From Octopus sinensis (Eukaryota), in contig NC_043001.1 of the NCBI RefSeq assembly GCF_006345805.1, positions 76,570,001 through 76,634,000 on the forward strand: a DNA stretch of 64,000 nt, written 5' to 3'. The notes beneath the pieces are model-generated. The model searched no databases, was not told the DNA's origin, and worked only from the letters and a program-made list of their open reading frames with translations. The position numbers and the translations under genes were made by a program. Positions 1 through 11,200 of the stretch are shown in pieces. Position 1 is the stretch's first letter. Each line of letters begins with the position of its first letter.

Positions 1-34
1 CCAATTCCACATATATATATATATATTTTTTTGT

Positions 35-350
35 CATTACTGCTTTTTAAGAAATAATTTCAAGAAATTTAATGAAAATACTTAACGAAATTCATAAAGA
101 ACAATAAAAATACTCAGTGATATTAATACATTGATATAGTCTGAATATTTAATGTGAAATACGGGTTTGGTGAATACTAGCTATTTGTATTGATATTTGG
201 TTAGAAATGAATGAGTTTTAGCTTTAAATTACCGTACACTTAAGGATTCAGTCCGCTATTAATTCAATACCCTGAAATGCTAAAATATCATTTTAGGTGT
301 TTACCGGCCCCTTAAATAGCCAGATAGACGCCCAAAGATTAATATTGACA
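35..350. repeat. Unclassified AT-rich dispersed repeat, uninterrupted copy
   Basis: Aligns by eye with 43440-43679 plus 43993-44060 (e.g. aagaaatttaatgaaaatacttaac in both). It serves as the empty-site reference for the insertion at 43680-43992. Confidence 0.6.
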
Positions 351-687
351 ACTTTGCCAAAACCTGTTTTACAGAAGCATGAAACAGATTTACACCGGTA
401 ACCGCACCCCCCCCCCCCACACACATTTTGTCATACAATGCACTGCACATTCACTAATCAGACAATCTAGGCCAGAGCTTTTGAAAATTTCAAATTGATG
501 ACACATTTTAAAAATGCTATTTTTCATGACATAAAAAGTTTCGTTGGCAACTATCATATCATGTTTATTTATGAACGGAGTTGTCACATTACAAACGTTA
601 CATGAGTCAGCTGATACTGAGGTTGGTGTCAAACGAGTGTATCATGCTCTGAAGTAGTGGCTGAGGTCACTAGCTCCCACATACATA

Positions 688-1207
688 CCGTAAATCCTCG
701 AGTATAGTCCACCCTTGAGTATAATACGTATGGGATTTTTAGGGGGCTGTACCTCTGAAAAACCTAAACCTTGTGTATAATACGCACCCCTTCTCTAACT
801 TCAGTCAAGGAGGTCTATATAACGTCCTTGGTTTGTAAAAATGTATACGCTAACGTCTTTTATTATTATTGTATACATAACATAATGCAAACGTGTAGCT
901 TTTTTGTGCATTTTGTTTGCAGAAAATAAAGAAATAACAGTAATAACAGTAATAACGTTTAATAAATGTTGCTTACTGCAAGTTATGGATGATTCTTTTA
1001 TGACTTCATTGCTTTCAGGCTTAGCTTAAGGTATTTTCACACCCGACATCACAAAATTCGTCAGAATAAACATTGCCGGACAGCAAATAGAGACTCGGAC
1101 ATTGCTTAGAAAATAATTTTAATTTTTAACCTCGTATATAATACTCACTAGGGATTTTGACCTTTAAATTTTGGGAAAAAATGCGGATTATACTCGAGGA
1201 TTTACGG
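688..1207. mobile_element. Non-autonomous Tc1/mariner-superfamily MITE (Tc2/pogo-like CCGTA ends)
   Basis: Perfect 19-bp TIR CCGTAAATCCTCGAGTATA at both ends, TA duplication at 686-687 and 1208-1209, no ORF. Confidence 0.9.
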
Positions 1208-1560
1208 TATGCACATACATACGCAATACATACACACACACACACATATACATACATACATACATACATACTACATACATACATACATACATACATACAT
1301 ACATACACAACTACATGCATGAGAATAGATATATAAAACAAAACACAAATCTGCACATATACATCTATACATACGATATATATGTAGTTGAAATTCCAAT
1401 GAAGGAGCCTTGGATCTAGATTAGAAACCGGCTTCTTCTCTATTGGCAAAATAAAACTGAATAATGACATACATATGCACACACATATTTAAGAAAAAAT
1501 GAATACGAATGGTTTTTCTGGTATTTTTTCTGATATTTTTTCCACTTTAATAATTAAAAT

Positions 1561-1819
1561 AATAAATATATGCGCCCTTTTAAAGCCTAGCCAGGCTCAT
1601 GGGCCCGGTTTCTCAGTTTCAATGGCATATGTGTTCCCCAGCTGGACAGGACGCAAGTCCATCGCAGCGTTACTCATTTTTGCCAGCTGAGTGGACTGGA
1701 GCAACGGGAAATGAAGTGTTTTGCTCAAGAACACAACGCGTCACCCAGTCCAGGAAGCGAAACCACAATCTTACGATCATGATGCAGACACCCTAACCAC
1801 TAAACTATGCGCCTCCACA
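1561..1819 (-). mobile_element. tRNA-derived SINE group C, full length
   Basis: Minus strand has A-box/B-box head (tagtggttagg, ggtttcgcttcc), body gagcaaaacac..gtccactcagctggcaaaaatgagt and tail ..taaaagggcgcat-(TTA). Very similar to 24945-25198. Confidence 0.85.
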
Positions 1820-2157
1820 CTAATAATTTGTTGTTTAAAAATCATTTGATAACTAATGATTTGTAGACATCTAATCATTAAAGTGGAAAAAAATGATCAA
1901 ATTAGCCATTCCTATTAATTTTTTTTTCGAATATATATGGTGCTCCGTAAGTTGAAAAAATGTTTGTAATCTTTTCGGCCTTTTAAAGCCCCATTTTTTC
2001 ATTTCTGTTATTACCATTACATTTCTGAGAATGTATGGACTGCGCAGATAGTGGTTTTGTGTAAAAACACCCCCTGTTTTGCAGGAGGTGAGCTTCAATA
2101 TTTTTAACTGCTTTCGACAAAAACAAATATTTTGCTATTTTCTGTAATTATTTAAAG

Positions 2158-3379
2158 ATGGCTGATAAAGAAGCCATCATAATGTTCAACAAAGGAACGC
2201 GCTACTTGTCGGAAAAAATTGAGAACGTGTAAAGAATCGAGAATATATGGATATCGAGTGGCCTAAGCTTAATGACGTCACCAAGGCGAGAAATATTTCG
2301 TTTTTAAGCAACGTCAAAACTTTCGGTATCGACAACAGCAACAGCAGCAGCAATGACAGCAGCAGCAGCAACAGCAACAGCAACAACAATAATAACGCCT
2401 CTGCGTCTTTTGCATCAGCGGCAGGAAATATATAGAGTTTCCGCATAGATGAAGAATTAAAATTGGCAAGAAAAATTGTAAAAAGAAATGAGAGAAGGGT
2501 AGCTCTAAACCCTCCATCCGACGTGATAGAAAATATCGCAAGATGCACGGTAACACACCGTTGCCTCGGAGTCAAGTCTCGGCGGGTGGAAAATGCTCCT
2601 GAGAGCGCCTTGGGCGCATGTAGGAACAAGAGACTTACATTACCCGAGGAAAGAAGTTTGAAACTATTGAGGTGAGATCTGGGACGAAAGAAGAAGCTAG
2701 ATGTAATTCTGCAACCACTTTGAGGAACGACAACTTTTTCTTAATCCCCAGCTATCGCGGTCAACGCCTTGCCAAGATAAGGGTGCTGAATGGGCCGCCA
2801 GAAATATCCATTACCTGATTAGTGGTGGCCGTCTTGGCAGGTTTAGAAGACGAAGTCACAGTGTTGGAGGTCAAGAAACTACCTAAGCAAAATTGGTTAG
2901 GTATAGGTATGGAACTGATCTTGCAATGCAAGCAGGATCATATCGATCAGCTACCCGATCTAATCGATCTACTGGATAGTACTCACCTGTTGGTGCTAGT
3001 GGAGAGTAGAAGGCCAAGATGCCACACACGTAGATCTGTAAATCACTTAAAAGCTTTCTTCCCTGAAACAAGGAAAAATAAAGTCCCACTACTGCTAACA
3101 TTACAAACACCACAAGTGCAAAATCATAAACAAATACTCCAAAGTCCTACACCTACTCCCACACCCACGCTCACACCCACTCCCAAACCAAGAAAAAGAA
3201 AGAGTCTACCTCCGGTTGCCACGGAAAAGCAAGCTTCTCCTGAATGCTCTTCCTCCCAAACCAACATCAACTGCGATAACATAGAGAAGAAAGAGCTGAA
3301 CGATCAATGGATCACAGTAATCGACCAGAATATCGCTGGTCATAATGCATTTCTTCGGATTATTGTAGCTTTCGAATGA
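2158..3379 (+). pseudogene. Decayed gag/ORF1-like reading frame of a retroelement
   Basis: Stop-interrupted frame ending in the 185-aa ORF 2822-3379. Degenerate zinc knuckle C-HT-(R)-RSVN-H-LKAF-(F) at 3020-3061, where each lost Cys is one substitution away (cgt/tgt, ttc/tgc), followed by a Pro/Thr/Lys-rich linker. Confidence 0.6.
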
Positions 3380-3454
3380 TGTTACTCCACTGGTTAGGCG
3401 AGTAGGCCAACATTACCCCAAGAACGAAACACCAGTTCGTTGTAGAGTTACCCA

Positions 3455-3560
3455 TTCACAGCTGAATGGTCTGGAGCAACATGAAGTGAAGTGTTTTGTT
3501 CAAGAACACAACACACTGCCGGTCTGAGAAAGAAAATCACGATCTTGCAAGCCTGACATA
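3455..3560 (-). mobile_element. SINE group C head fragment
   Basis: cagctgaatggtctggagcaac..gtgttttgttcaagaacacaac matches 1685-1740. Confidence 0.7.
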
Positions 3561-3639
3561 ACATATATTCCATTCTTTCGAATCTGAAGTGTATAACCAC
3601 AAAATGCTCGACAAATAATAAACAATAGGTTATAATATT

Positions 3640-3942
3640 CAGAACTGGCTCAGTGGTTGGGGTATACGACTCACGATCGTATGGTTGTGAGTTCGATTAC
3701 TGGCGAAGCGTTGTGTCCTTGAGCAAGACACTTTATTTCACGTTGCTTCAGTCAACTCAGTTAGCAAAATTAGTTGTACCTATGTTACAATGGGCCAACC
3801 TTGTCACACTCTGTGTCACATTGAATCTTTCTGAGAACTACGTTAAGACTACGCTCAGCCATTTGCATGTTGATTTCACGAGCAGGCTGTTCCCTTGACC
3901 GGATCAACTGGTACCCTCGTCGTCGTAACCGATGGAGTGCCA
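3640..3942 (+). mobile_element. tRNA-derived SINE: group-C head, shared core, distinct tail
   Basis: A box tggctcagtgg, B box gagttcgatt, gagcaagacactttatttcacgttgc. The core is shared with 23590-23700 and the element ends at a (CTT)n run. Confidence 0.8.
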
Positions 3943-4165
<223 letters not shown>

Positions 4166-4524
4166 ATATGATAAATATATGAAATAAGGCTAAAGCAACT
4201 CATGAAACAAATATACACGGAGAAACTTTTCTCGCGCTGAGACAAGACTTGTTTCTGCAAACCAATTTTGCAACTTCTTTCGTCTGCTAGCTTCAGCAAA
4301 AGAAGCTGAATACTTAATCACAAGGGCAGTAATAATTGTTGGGTACTAAGTCACGGGAGGCAATAGTAATTGCTGGATACTGAGTGGCAAGCAGAACCTG
4401 GCTCATCTTTGACCACCCAACCGAATGAACTGAGATCAAGAGGGGAATCAGACTATATGAACTATATGTCGGACTATATAAATCGGACTATAACTTCTTT
4501 GTTAACAATTTCCGAATAGTTTCC

Positions 4525-4714
4525 AAGGTAGGCGAAATGCTTAGCGGTATTTCGTCTGTCTATACGTTCTGAGTTCATATTCCGCCGAGGTCGACTTTGC
4601 CTTTCATCCTTTCGGGGTCGACAAATTAAATACCAGTTGCGTACAGGGGTCGATCTAATCGACTGACTCCCTCCCCAGAAATTTCGAGCCTTGTGCCTAG
4701 AGTAGAAAAGAATA
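4525..4714 (+). mobile_element. SINE group A, 5'-truncated, with 14-bp TSD
   Basis: Body gttctgagttc..gccgaggtcgactttgcctttcatcctttcggggtcga. Flanks tccgaatagtttcc (4511-4524) and tccgaataatttcc (4715-4728). Confidence 0.9.
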
Positions 4715-5269
4715 TCCGAATAATTTCCGTCGAGCGAAGTTCACTCAACGCTTCGATCAACCTAAGACTATAGTAAAATTCCCTTGTCCAAGTACTGCAA
4801 ATTTAAATTGAACCTAGAATCACGTTGCTAAGGGAACTTCCTAAACAGATGGTTAGACAAACGCTCAAGTTGAGATGTTCTCAGTTTATATTTTTAAAAT
4901 TTATCAACAGAATACGCAAGACTAATTTATGACCGTTCGTCGTCTTATAAAATTTGTTACAAGATGAAAACGAGAAGAAAATGGTATATTCTTAGTGTTC
5001 TATTTCATGTTGTAATCATAGTACGACCGATATCTTTCGAGCCAATGAGAGATCCTACATGTGGTCATTCGATCAGTTAGAAATAGCAGTGAAATCTTCC
5101 TCAAGTTAGATCTTAAGTTCCGAAACGGAAAAATAAAGAAGGTTGGATAATTTGAGCAATGTAGTCCACTTGTAACGATACCCGGAATAATGATTGACGA
5201 GTGTTTCGACACAGTTTGGGACAAAAAGGTAGAGAGCATTAGCTAAGGACGGAAAGTCAAAGAAAGAGA

Positions 5270-5273
5270 GAGA

Positions 5274-5312
<39 letters not shown>

Positions 5313-5428
5313 GAAGAGAGGGGGGAAGGAGAGATAGGCTAGTGCTGTTAGAGACAGTCAGAGTTAGGAAGGTAGAGAGACAAAGTTAGATTCAGACATT
5401 CATAGAAACAGAATCAGAGAAGACGGAC

Positions 5429-5466
<38 letters not shown>

Positions 5467-5673
5467 CAGTCAAAGAAAGACAGAAAAAAGAGACACAATT
5501 AAAGACAGAGAAGCACACATACACACACACAATGAGAGAAAGAAAGAGAGAAGCTGTTACGAAGAGAGATATAGAGAGAAAGAGAGAGGTATAACAGCGA
5601 GAGATAGAACGATAGAAGAGACAAAGGTATAGAGAGACATAATCTATAACGAAAATACAAGGAAAAAGGCAGT

Positions 5674-5707
<34 letters not shown>

Positions 5708-5849
5708 CAGAGATGTACAACTGGAGACAGATAAATAAAGATAGAAAGAGACAGTGGAAGACAGAGAGAAAGAGACAGAGACAGACGGTGGTATAGAGAG
5801 AAACAACCGGAAGCAAAGATATGAAGAGATAGAAAGACACAGGGAGAGA

Positions 5850-5899
<50 letters not shown>

Positions 5900-6412
5900 A
5901 AGAGAGAGAGCGAAAGAGAGAGAGAGAGAAACAGAGAGAGAGAAACAGACATAATTGAAAACAAAGATACAAAGAGATTGAGAGGTAGTGAGAGGAAGAG
6001 AGAGAGAGAAAGAGAGAGAGAGAGAAACAGACATAATTGAAAACAAAGATACAAAGAGATTGAGAGGTAGTGAGAGGAAGAGAGAGAGAGAGAAAGAGCT
6101 AGCTAGCTAGATAGATAGATGAGAGAGAGAGAGGGTGAGAGAGTGTGTGAGAGAGAGGGTGAGAGAGTGTGTGAGAGAGAGGGTGAGAGAGTGTGAGAGA
6201 GAGAGCGGGTGAGAGAGTGTGTATGAGAGAGAGTGAGAAAGAGAATGAGAGAGAGAAAGAGAGAGGGAGAGAAGGAGAGGGAGGAGAGAGACAGACAGAT
6301 CGACAGACAGATATAATTGAAGACAAAGATTCAAAGAAATTGAAAGGTAGTAAGAGGCAAAGAGAGGGAGAAAGAGAGAGAGTGTGAAAGAGCGATTACT
6401 AGATAAATAGAA

Positions 6413-6450
<38 letters not shown>

Positions 6451-6480
6451 CGAGAGAAAGAGAGAGAAAGAGAGAGAGAT
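5270..6480. repeat. (GA)n-rich low-complexity tract with local ~80-bp tandem duplications
   Basis: GA repeats; unit aaacagacataattgaaaacaaagatacaaagagattgagagg occurs twice near 5940 and 6025, with a diverged copy near 6305. Confidence 0.9.
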
Positions 6481-6691
6481 TTCTACAACGTGACAAAGAC
6501 AGAAATACTTGCGAAAGAAGTCCAGTCGATTATATCGACCTTTCCATTTGATTAATGCGATATTTTATCGATTTCGGAAGCAAGAAAAGCAAAGTCCACT
6601 TTTCTTGGATATGAAGTCATAACGCTGAAAGGACGTAACTAAATACATCAAAGCATTTTATCTTGACTCAACAGATTCTGTCATCCACAGC

Positions 6692-6736
<45 letters not shown>

Positions 6737-6774
6737 TAATAATAATAATAATATAATAATAATAATAGTTATAA

Positions 6775-7097
6775 TTCAGAGTAACCGACCAGCTATTGTG
6801 AAAAATCATGCTGAAAAGACCTGGCTTTTGATGGCTGTTGCATCCTCAGCTGACAAAAACACATTTCTTAAAACATTTGAGAAACTGAGCAAATATAAGG
6901 ACCTGAAGAAGGTAGAAATCAGAAGAATGTGGCATCTTAAAGCAGTAAAATTACCTGTTGGGATTGGGGCGCATGAAATTAGATTAAGAGGAGCAAACAA
7001 ATATGTGAACAATTTCTGGCTACCCAAAATATGTCAACTGCAAAAGACAGTTCCTATAGGTACCTCACATATTTTATGTGAATTCCTCTACATATAA
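6775..7097 (+). mobile_element. R4/Dong-like LINE 3' fragment (restriction-like endonuclease C-terminus)
   Basis: Translation NRPAIV..KTFEKLSKYKDL..EIRRMWHLK..PVGIGA..LQKTVPIGTSHIL; starts right after (AAT)n at 6693-6767. Confidence 0.85.
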
Positions 7098-7534
7098 AAT
7101 GCATTTTTATTCATTCAGTTTTATAACAAGTTTTATAAAAATATGTTTTTTTTTAACACAGGCATCAGTTTTTTTAGTTGCATGGCACTTCGCCTGTTAG
7201 CATCTGTTAGCACCGCATTTTTTAGCACCTTTAGAAGCAAAATCATATTCTTCGACGCGTCTTGAGACTTGGATGCAGCTCTTACCATTTAAAGTAAAGG
7301 CAAAACAAGAAAATTGCAGCAAAGCTGCGTGATAGTGGTGTCAGATGTAGCATGCAGATCATCATATAAATTGTTTTTTTCTTCTCTTCCGTTTTACGAA
7401 TTCAGTGTGCACATGCGCATTGCGTGTTCATACTTCTCTTTCAGGTTCCTCCTCAAAATTGTTTACAGAGCACGACCATCTCACGAACCTGCATTCGTGA
7501 GCAGCGCTTCGCGTTCCGATGGGTGTGAAATAAT

Positions 7535-8260
7535 TCTTTCTGCTGTAGGTACTTATTTTATCAATCCTGGAAGGAAAGGCAAAGTTGACTACGGCAGTGT
7601 TTAAATTCAGAAAGCCGGAAGAAATGCTGCTCAGCATTTTTCCCGGTTTCGCAAAAGATTCAGTCAGAATTCTACCTTCAATAATAATGATAATGGTTTC
7701 AATTTTAGGCTCAGGGCCAACAATTTCGAGGGAGAGGTTAAGTCGATTACATCTACCCCAGTGCTCAACTGGTACTTATTTTATTGTTCCCGAAAATAAA
7801 GGCAAAATAGATCTCGGCGGCATTTGAATTCAAAACATAAAGTTGGAAGAAATGCTGCCCAGCAATTTATCCGGCACGCAAAAGATTTTGTCACATCACC
7901 GCCTTTAATAATAGTAATAATAATCGCTTCTACTATGGATACAAATATTTGGGGAAGGATATTCGATTACATTGACGCCAGTGCTTAACTGATACTTAGT
8001 TCATCGACCCCGAAAGGAAAGGCAAAGTCGACCTCGGCGGAATTTGAAATCAGAACGTGAAGCGCCATAAGAAATGCCGTTAAGCATTTAGCCAACGCGC
8101 TATCGACTCTGCAAGAGTCACAGCAAACAATTTGAAGGGAGGGGAGCATCGACATCATCGACCCAGTACATAATGGCTACTTTATTTTATCGACCTCGAA
8201 AGGACGAAAGGCAAAGTTGACTTTGACTTCGACGAGATTTGAACTCAGAACGAAAAGAAT
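7535..8260 (-). mobile_element. Four stacked SINE group A fragments, same orientation
   Basis: The motif aaaggcaaagt(c/t)gac..gaatttgaa(c/a)tcagaac recurs near 7575, 7800, 8020 and 8210. Confidence 0.8.
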
Positions 8261-8813
8261 CTACAGGTGAGTAGGAGGGTATACTGATACGCATTTCATT
8301 AAACCACTCTTAAAACTTGGTTAAGATTTGACTTTCCACCCTACAGCGAGTCTGAAGCGGGTGAGAAAGAATCACTTTGCAGAAAATAACAGCGGCGGTA
8401 GTGAAAAGCAACGGAGTCATCAAGTTGAGAAGTAGCAGTAGATGTAATTGCTGAAGTAACAGAGATAACGGCAGTGCAACATAACCCACTCAGCTGCCTC
8501 CAACCTCTTCAAATCACTACCTTCTACCGTATCCTAATTCTGCATGAAAGTCTTGTTAGTGATAAGATGGCGGCAGACAACCAACTACCGCTCTCACTTT
8601 TTCTCTTACATTCACACGTACGAACCAAAGAAGGGTGCAAAACGTATTTGGCCGATTTGCTAGAAATAACAGAAGTATCTCCCCCCACGCTTCCAAGCCC
8701 CACCGCACAGTCCATACCGTGCCATTACAAAACGGAATGCCGCATAAAAAATAATGTAGTCTGGACTTGTCTCTTGTGTGAGTACTCGTGTGTTTATATA
8801 TATATTATATATA

Positions 8814-8852
<39 letters not shown>

Positions 8853-8869
8853 AATAAAATAGAATATAT

Positions 8870-9560
8870 GCATATATATAAACATATATGTACGTACCTA
8901 CCTCTACATGTACATATACACGCATATATGTGTACAGGACACCAAAAGACGTCGAACACATAGAGAGACGAAACACATAGACACAAACCAAGGAACAAGA
9001 CAAGCAAAAAAAAAGGGAGAGATACAGGACAATAAGCACAACGAAAAATCCCCTTCTTCAGTCGCTAAGATTTTATCTACTAAACGTTTCGAAGGATAAA
9101 GCGAGACGTATACTTCGAAGAAAAATTCCTTCCCGCGAAAAGCAAATCAATTAAAATTCTGAGATCTTTTCGCAGAGGGGTAAAAAAAAGCAAGACGGTA
9201 ACGACAGTACAAACATATAAACAGTAAAAAATATATATATAAAACAGTGGAAAATAAATATATAACAGTGAGAGACAAGACAAGGAGAACAAGATAAGAA
9301 GGGCTGTTAACGCCAGACGAAAAAGTATTGTAAACGCTGGATTATCGTGGAAGACAGAGAGGGAAATTTTGTCAACAAGAAGCCTTGCAAGGCGGGCGAG
9401 AAAGGACAGGATAGCATTACGACGGAAGTATCGTCGCAGATGGATGACGGGAATGGGGGAGGAGGAGCAAGAGGAAGAGAGAGAAGAAGGGGAATGGTGC
9501 GAGGAGACCATGAAGAATGGTGAAAGGGAGAAAGAGAATGAAGAATGAGAGAGAGAGGAA
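8870..9560. repeat. Unclassified dispersed repeat family X, copy 1
   Basis: Shares gtacctacctctacatgta, ccccttcttcagt, ccttcccgc(g)aaa and the following purine-rich block with 47230-47830 and 62985-63215. Confidence 0.75.
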
Positions 9561-9612
9561 GAGACAAGTTAAGTGAGGGAAAAAAGACGAAAAAGGGAAT
9601 ATATATATATAT

Positions 9613-9644
<32 letters not shown>

Positions 9645-9724
9645 TGTATGTATGTTCTCTTTCCTTTTCCGGTCACTGGACTGCAGGATGTTGAAATATC
9701 GTCTTCATTATTTGAGCCAATTAT

Positions 9725-9939
9725 AAGGTGACGAGCTGGCAGAATCGTTATCACGCCGGACGAAATGATTAGCGGCATTTCGTCTGTCATCACATTCTGA
9801 GTTCAACTGCCGTCGGGGTCGACTTTGACTTTCCTCCTCTCGGGGTTCGATAAATTAAATACCAGTTACACATTGGGGTTGATGTAATCGACTGGTCTCT
9901 TCCCCCAAAATGTCAGCCCTTGTGCCTATAGTAGAAAGG
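9725..9939 (+). mobile_element. SINE group A, full length
   Basis: Head aggtgacgagctggcagaatcgtt, tail gtgcctatagtagaaagg, TSD at 9707-9724 and 9940-9957. Confidence 0.9.
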
Positions 9940-9957
9940 ATTATTTTAGCCAATCAT

Positions 9958-10171
9958 ATTGATTTCAAATTTTGGTACAAGGCCAGGACGTACGAGGGAG
10001 GAGCTAAGTCGATTACATTGATCTCAGTATCCAGCTGGTACTTATTTTATCGACTCCAAAAGGATGACGGGCAAGGTGGTCTCAGCGGAATTTGAACTCA
10101 GGACGTAAAGACGGACGAGATGTCACTAAACATTTAGCCAGGCCTACTAACAATTCTGTCAACTCGTCACC
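9958..10171 (-). mobile_element. SINE group A, full length, tail-to-tail with the previous copy
   Basis: Minus-strand head aggtgacgagttgacagaattgtt, tail ccaaaatttgaaatc; the target motif repeats at 10172-10188. Confidence 0.9.
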
Positions 10172-10454
10172 TTATTTTAGCCTATTATATTAAAACCAAT
10201 TCTTATTTTAGTTTGGCACCAATATATGATCAATATGGTAGCTACAAGTATTTGAGGGTAGGTATTTTGGGGATTGCGGTACCTCTATGGAGGGTAATGT
10301 AATCCCTAAGCCACAGTTAGAGTTTGACCTGACGTTCTACGTGAGTAATGAGGTATCATTTATTGTGCACACTACTAAACTGATAACAGTGTGTAGGCAA
10401 ATGGTTTTTGGATTCTGATTTCATTCAGAACCAAAAAAAAAAAAAAAAGAAAAC

Positions 10455-10734
10455 GATGCTGGTTCTAGAAGAACATTTGTTCATAGTGGCCTGGACTGCT
10501 GCATCAAATTATGCTTGTCGAGTAGAATCAAATTAACACTGGAGTTTGAGGTAATCCAATGCTGTTACGTTAAGATGATTACTTCAGTGTAACAGATGAG
10601 CCACTGGGAGAGGCTCTAATCTCTGGAGCGAAAACATGAAAGATATTTCGTTTTGCAATCATAATATACTGCCAATTATATTAAAGGTTTATCAGTCAAT
10701 ACTGTATCCTATCTTTCTTTGCGCGCGCATGTGC

Positions 10735-10767
<33 letters not shown>

Positions 10768-11032
10768 CGCGCGTGTGTACACACACACACACACAAATGG
10801 AAGATCGCATAGGTTTTTGCATATAACTTTAGTATTGAAAATTATTCGAACCCATGAACAGAACGCCACTGTACAGTGTCAAACATTCCATCCTCTCCAT
10901 CTATAGTCAGGACCTAACATTGAAAAAGCGTAGGGCTCAAAGGCCAACAGCTATTCAATACCTTGGTTAAAAACCTGAGAACTACGAGGCACAGATGTAG
11001 CTGTGTTCAAAGAACGGTTACACAAATTTCAT
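10455..11032 (+). mobile_element. CR1/L2-group LINE ORF2 3' relic, split by a (GT)/(CA) microsatellite
   Basis: Remnants LDCC (LDYC-like), SHWERL..SLERKHERY, SVGLKGQQLFNTL..NLR, GTDVAVFKERLHKF. Confidence 0.75.
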
Positions 11033-11039
11033 AATATGT

Positions 11040-11195
11040 ATGTGTTTGTTTACGTCCCTGTAACTTATTGGTTTAGTAAAAGAGACCGATAGAATAGTGA
11101 AGAGGCCCTACAAAATAATCACTGGTGTAGATTTGTTTGACTAAACCCGCCAAAGCGCTATGCCAGCATGGCTACAGTTCAATGACTGAAACAGG
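11040..11195 (+). mobile_element. SINE group B 3' half
   Basis: tttacgtccctgtaactta..aagagaccgatagaata..ccagcatggc..aatgactgaaaca. Confidence 0.75.
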
Positions 11196-11200
11196 ATATA

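Noticed and set aside
2314-2397. (CAG/CAA)n as a polyglutamine host exon
   Set aside because: It lies inside the decayed gag-like frame and reads poly-Ser/Asn there; no splice sites.
7480-7501. Perfect 8-bp hairpin ctcacgaa/ttcgtgag downstream of an acceptor-like site
   Set aside because: No convincing donor and no supporting structure; compatible with chance.
8474-8854. 126-aa ORF as a gene
   Set aside because: No recognisable domain, a non-ATG start, and it ends in an (AT)n microsatellite.
9040-9110. Functional hammerhead in family X (minus strand GAAACGT...CTGAAGA)
   Set aside because: The motif order would need type II topology, but no stem I forms, and position 17 is G in the 63150 copy.
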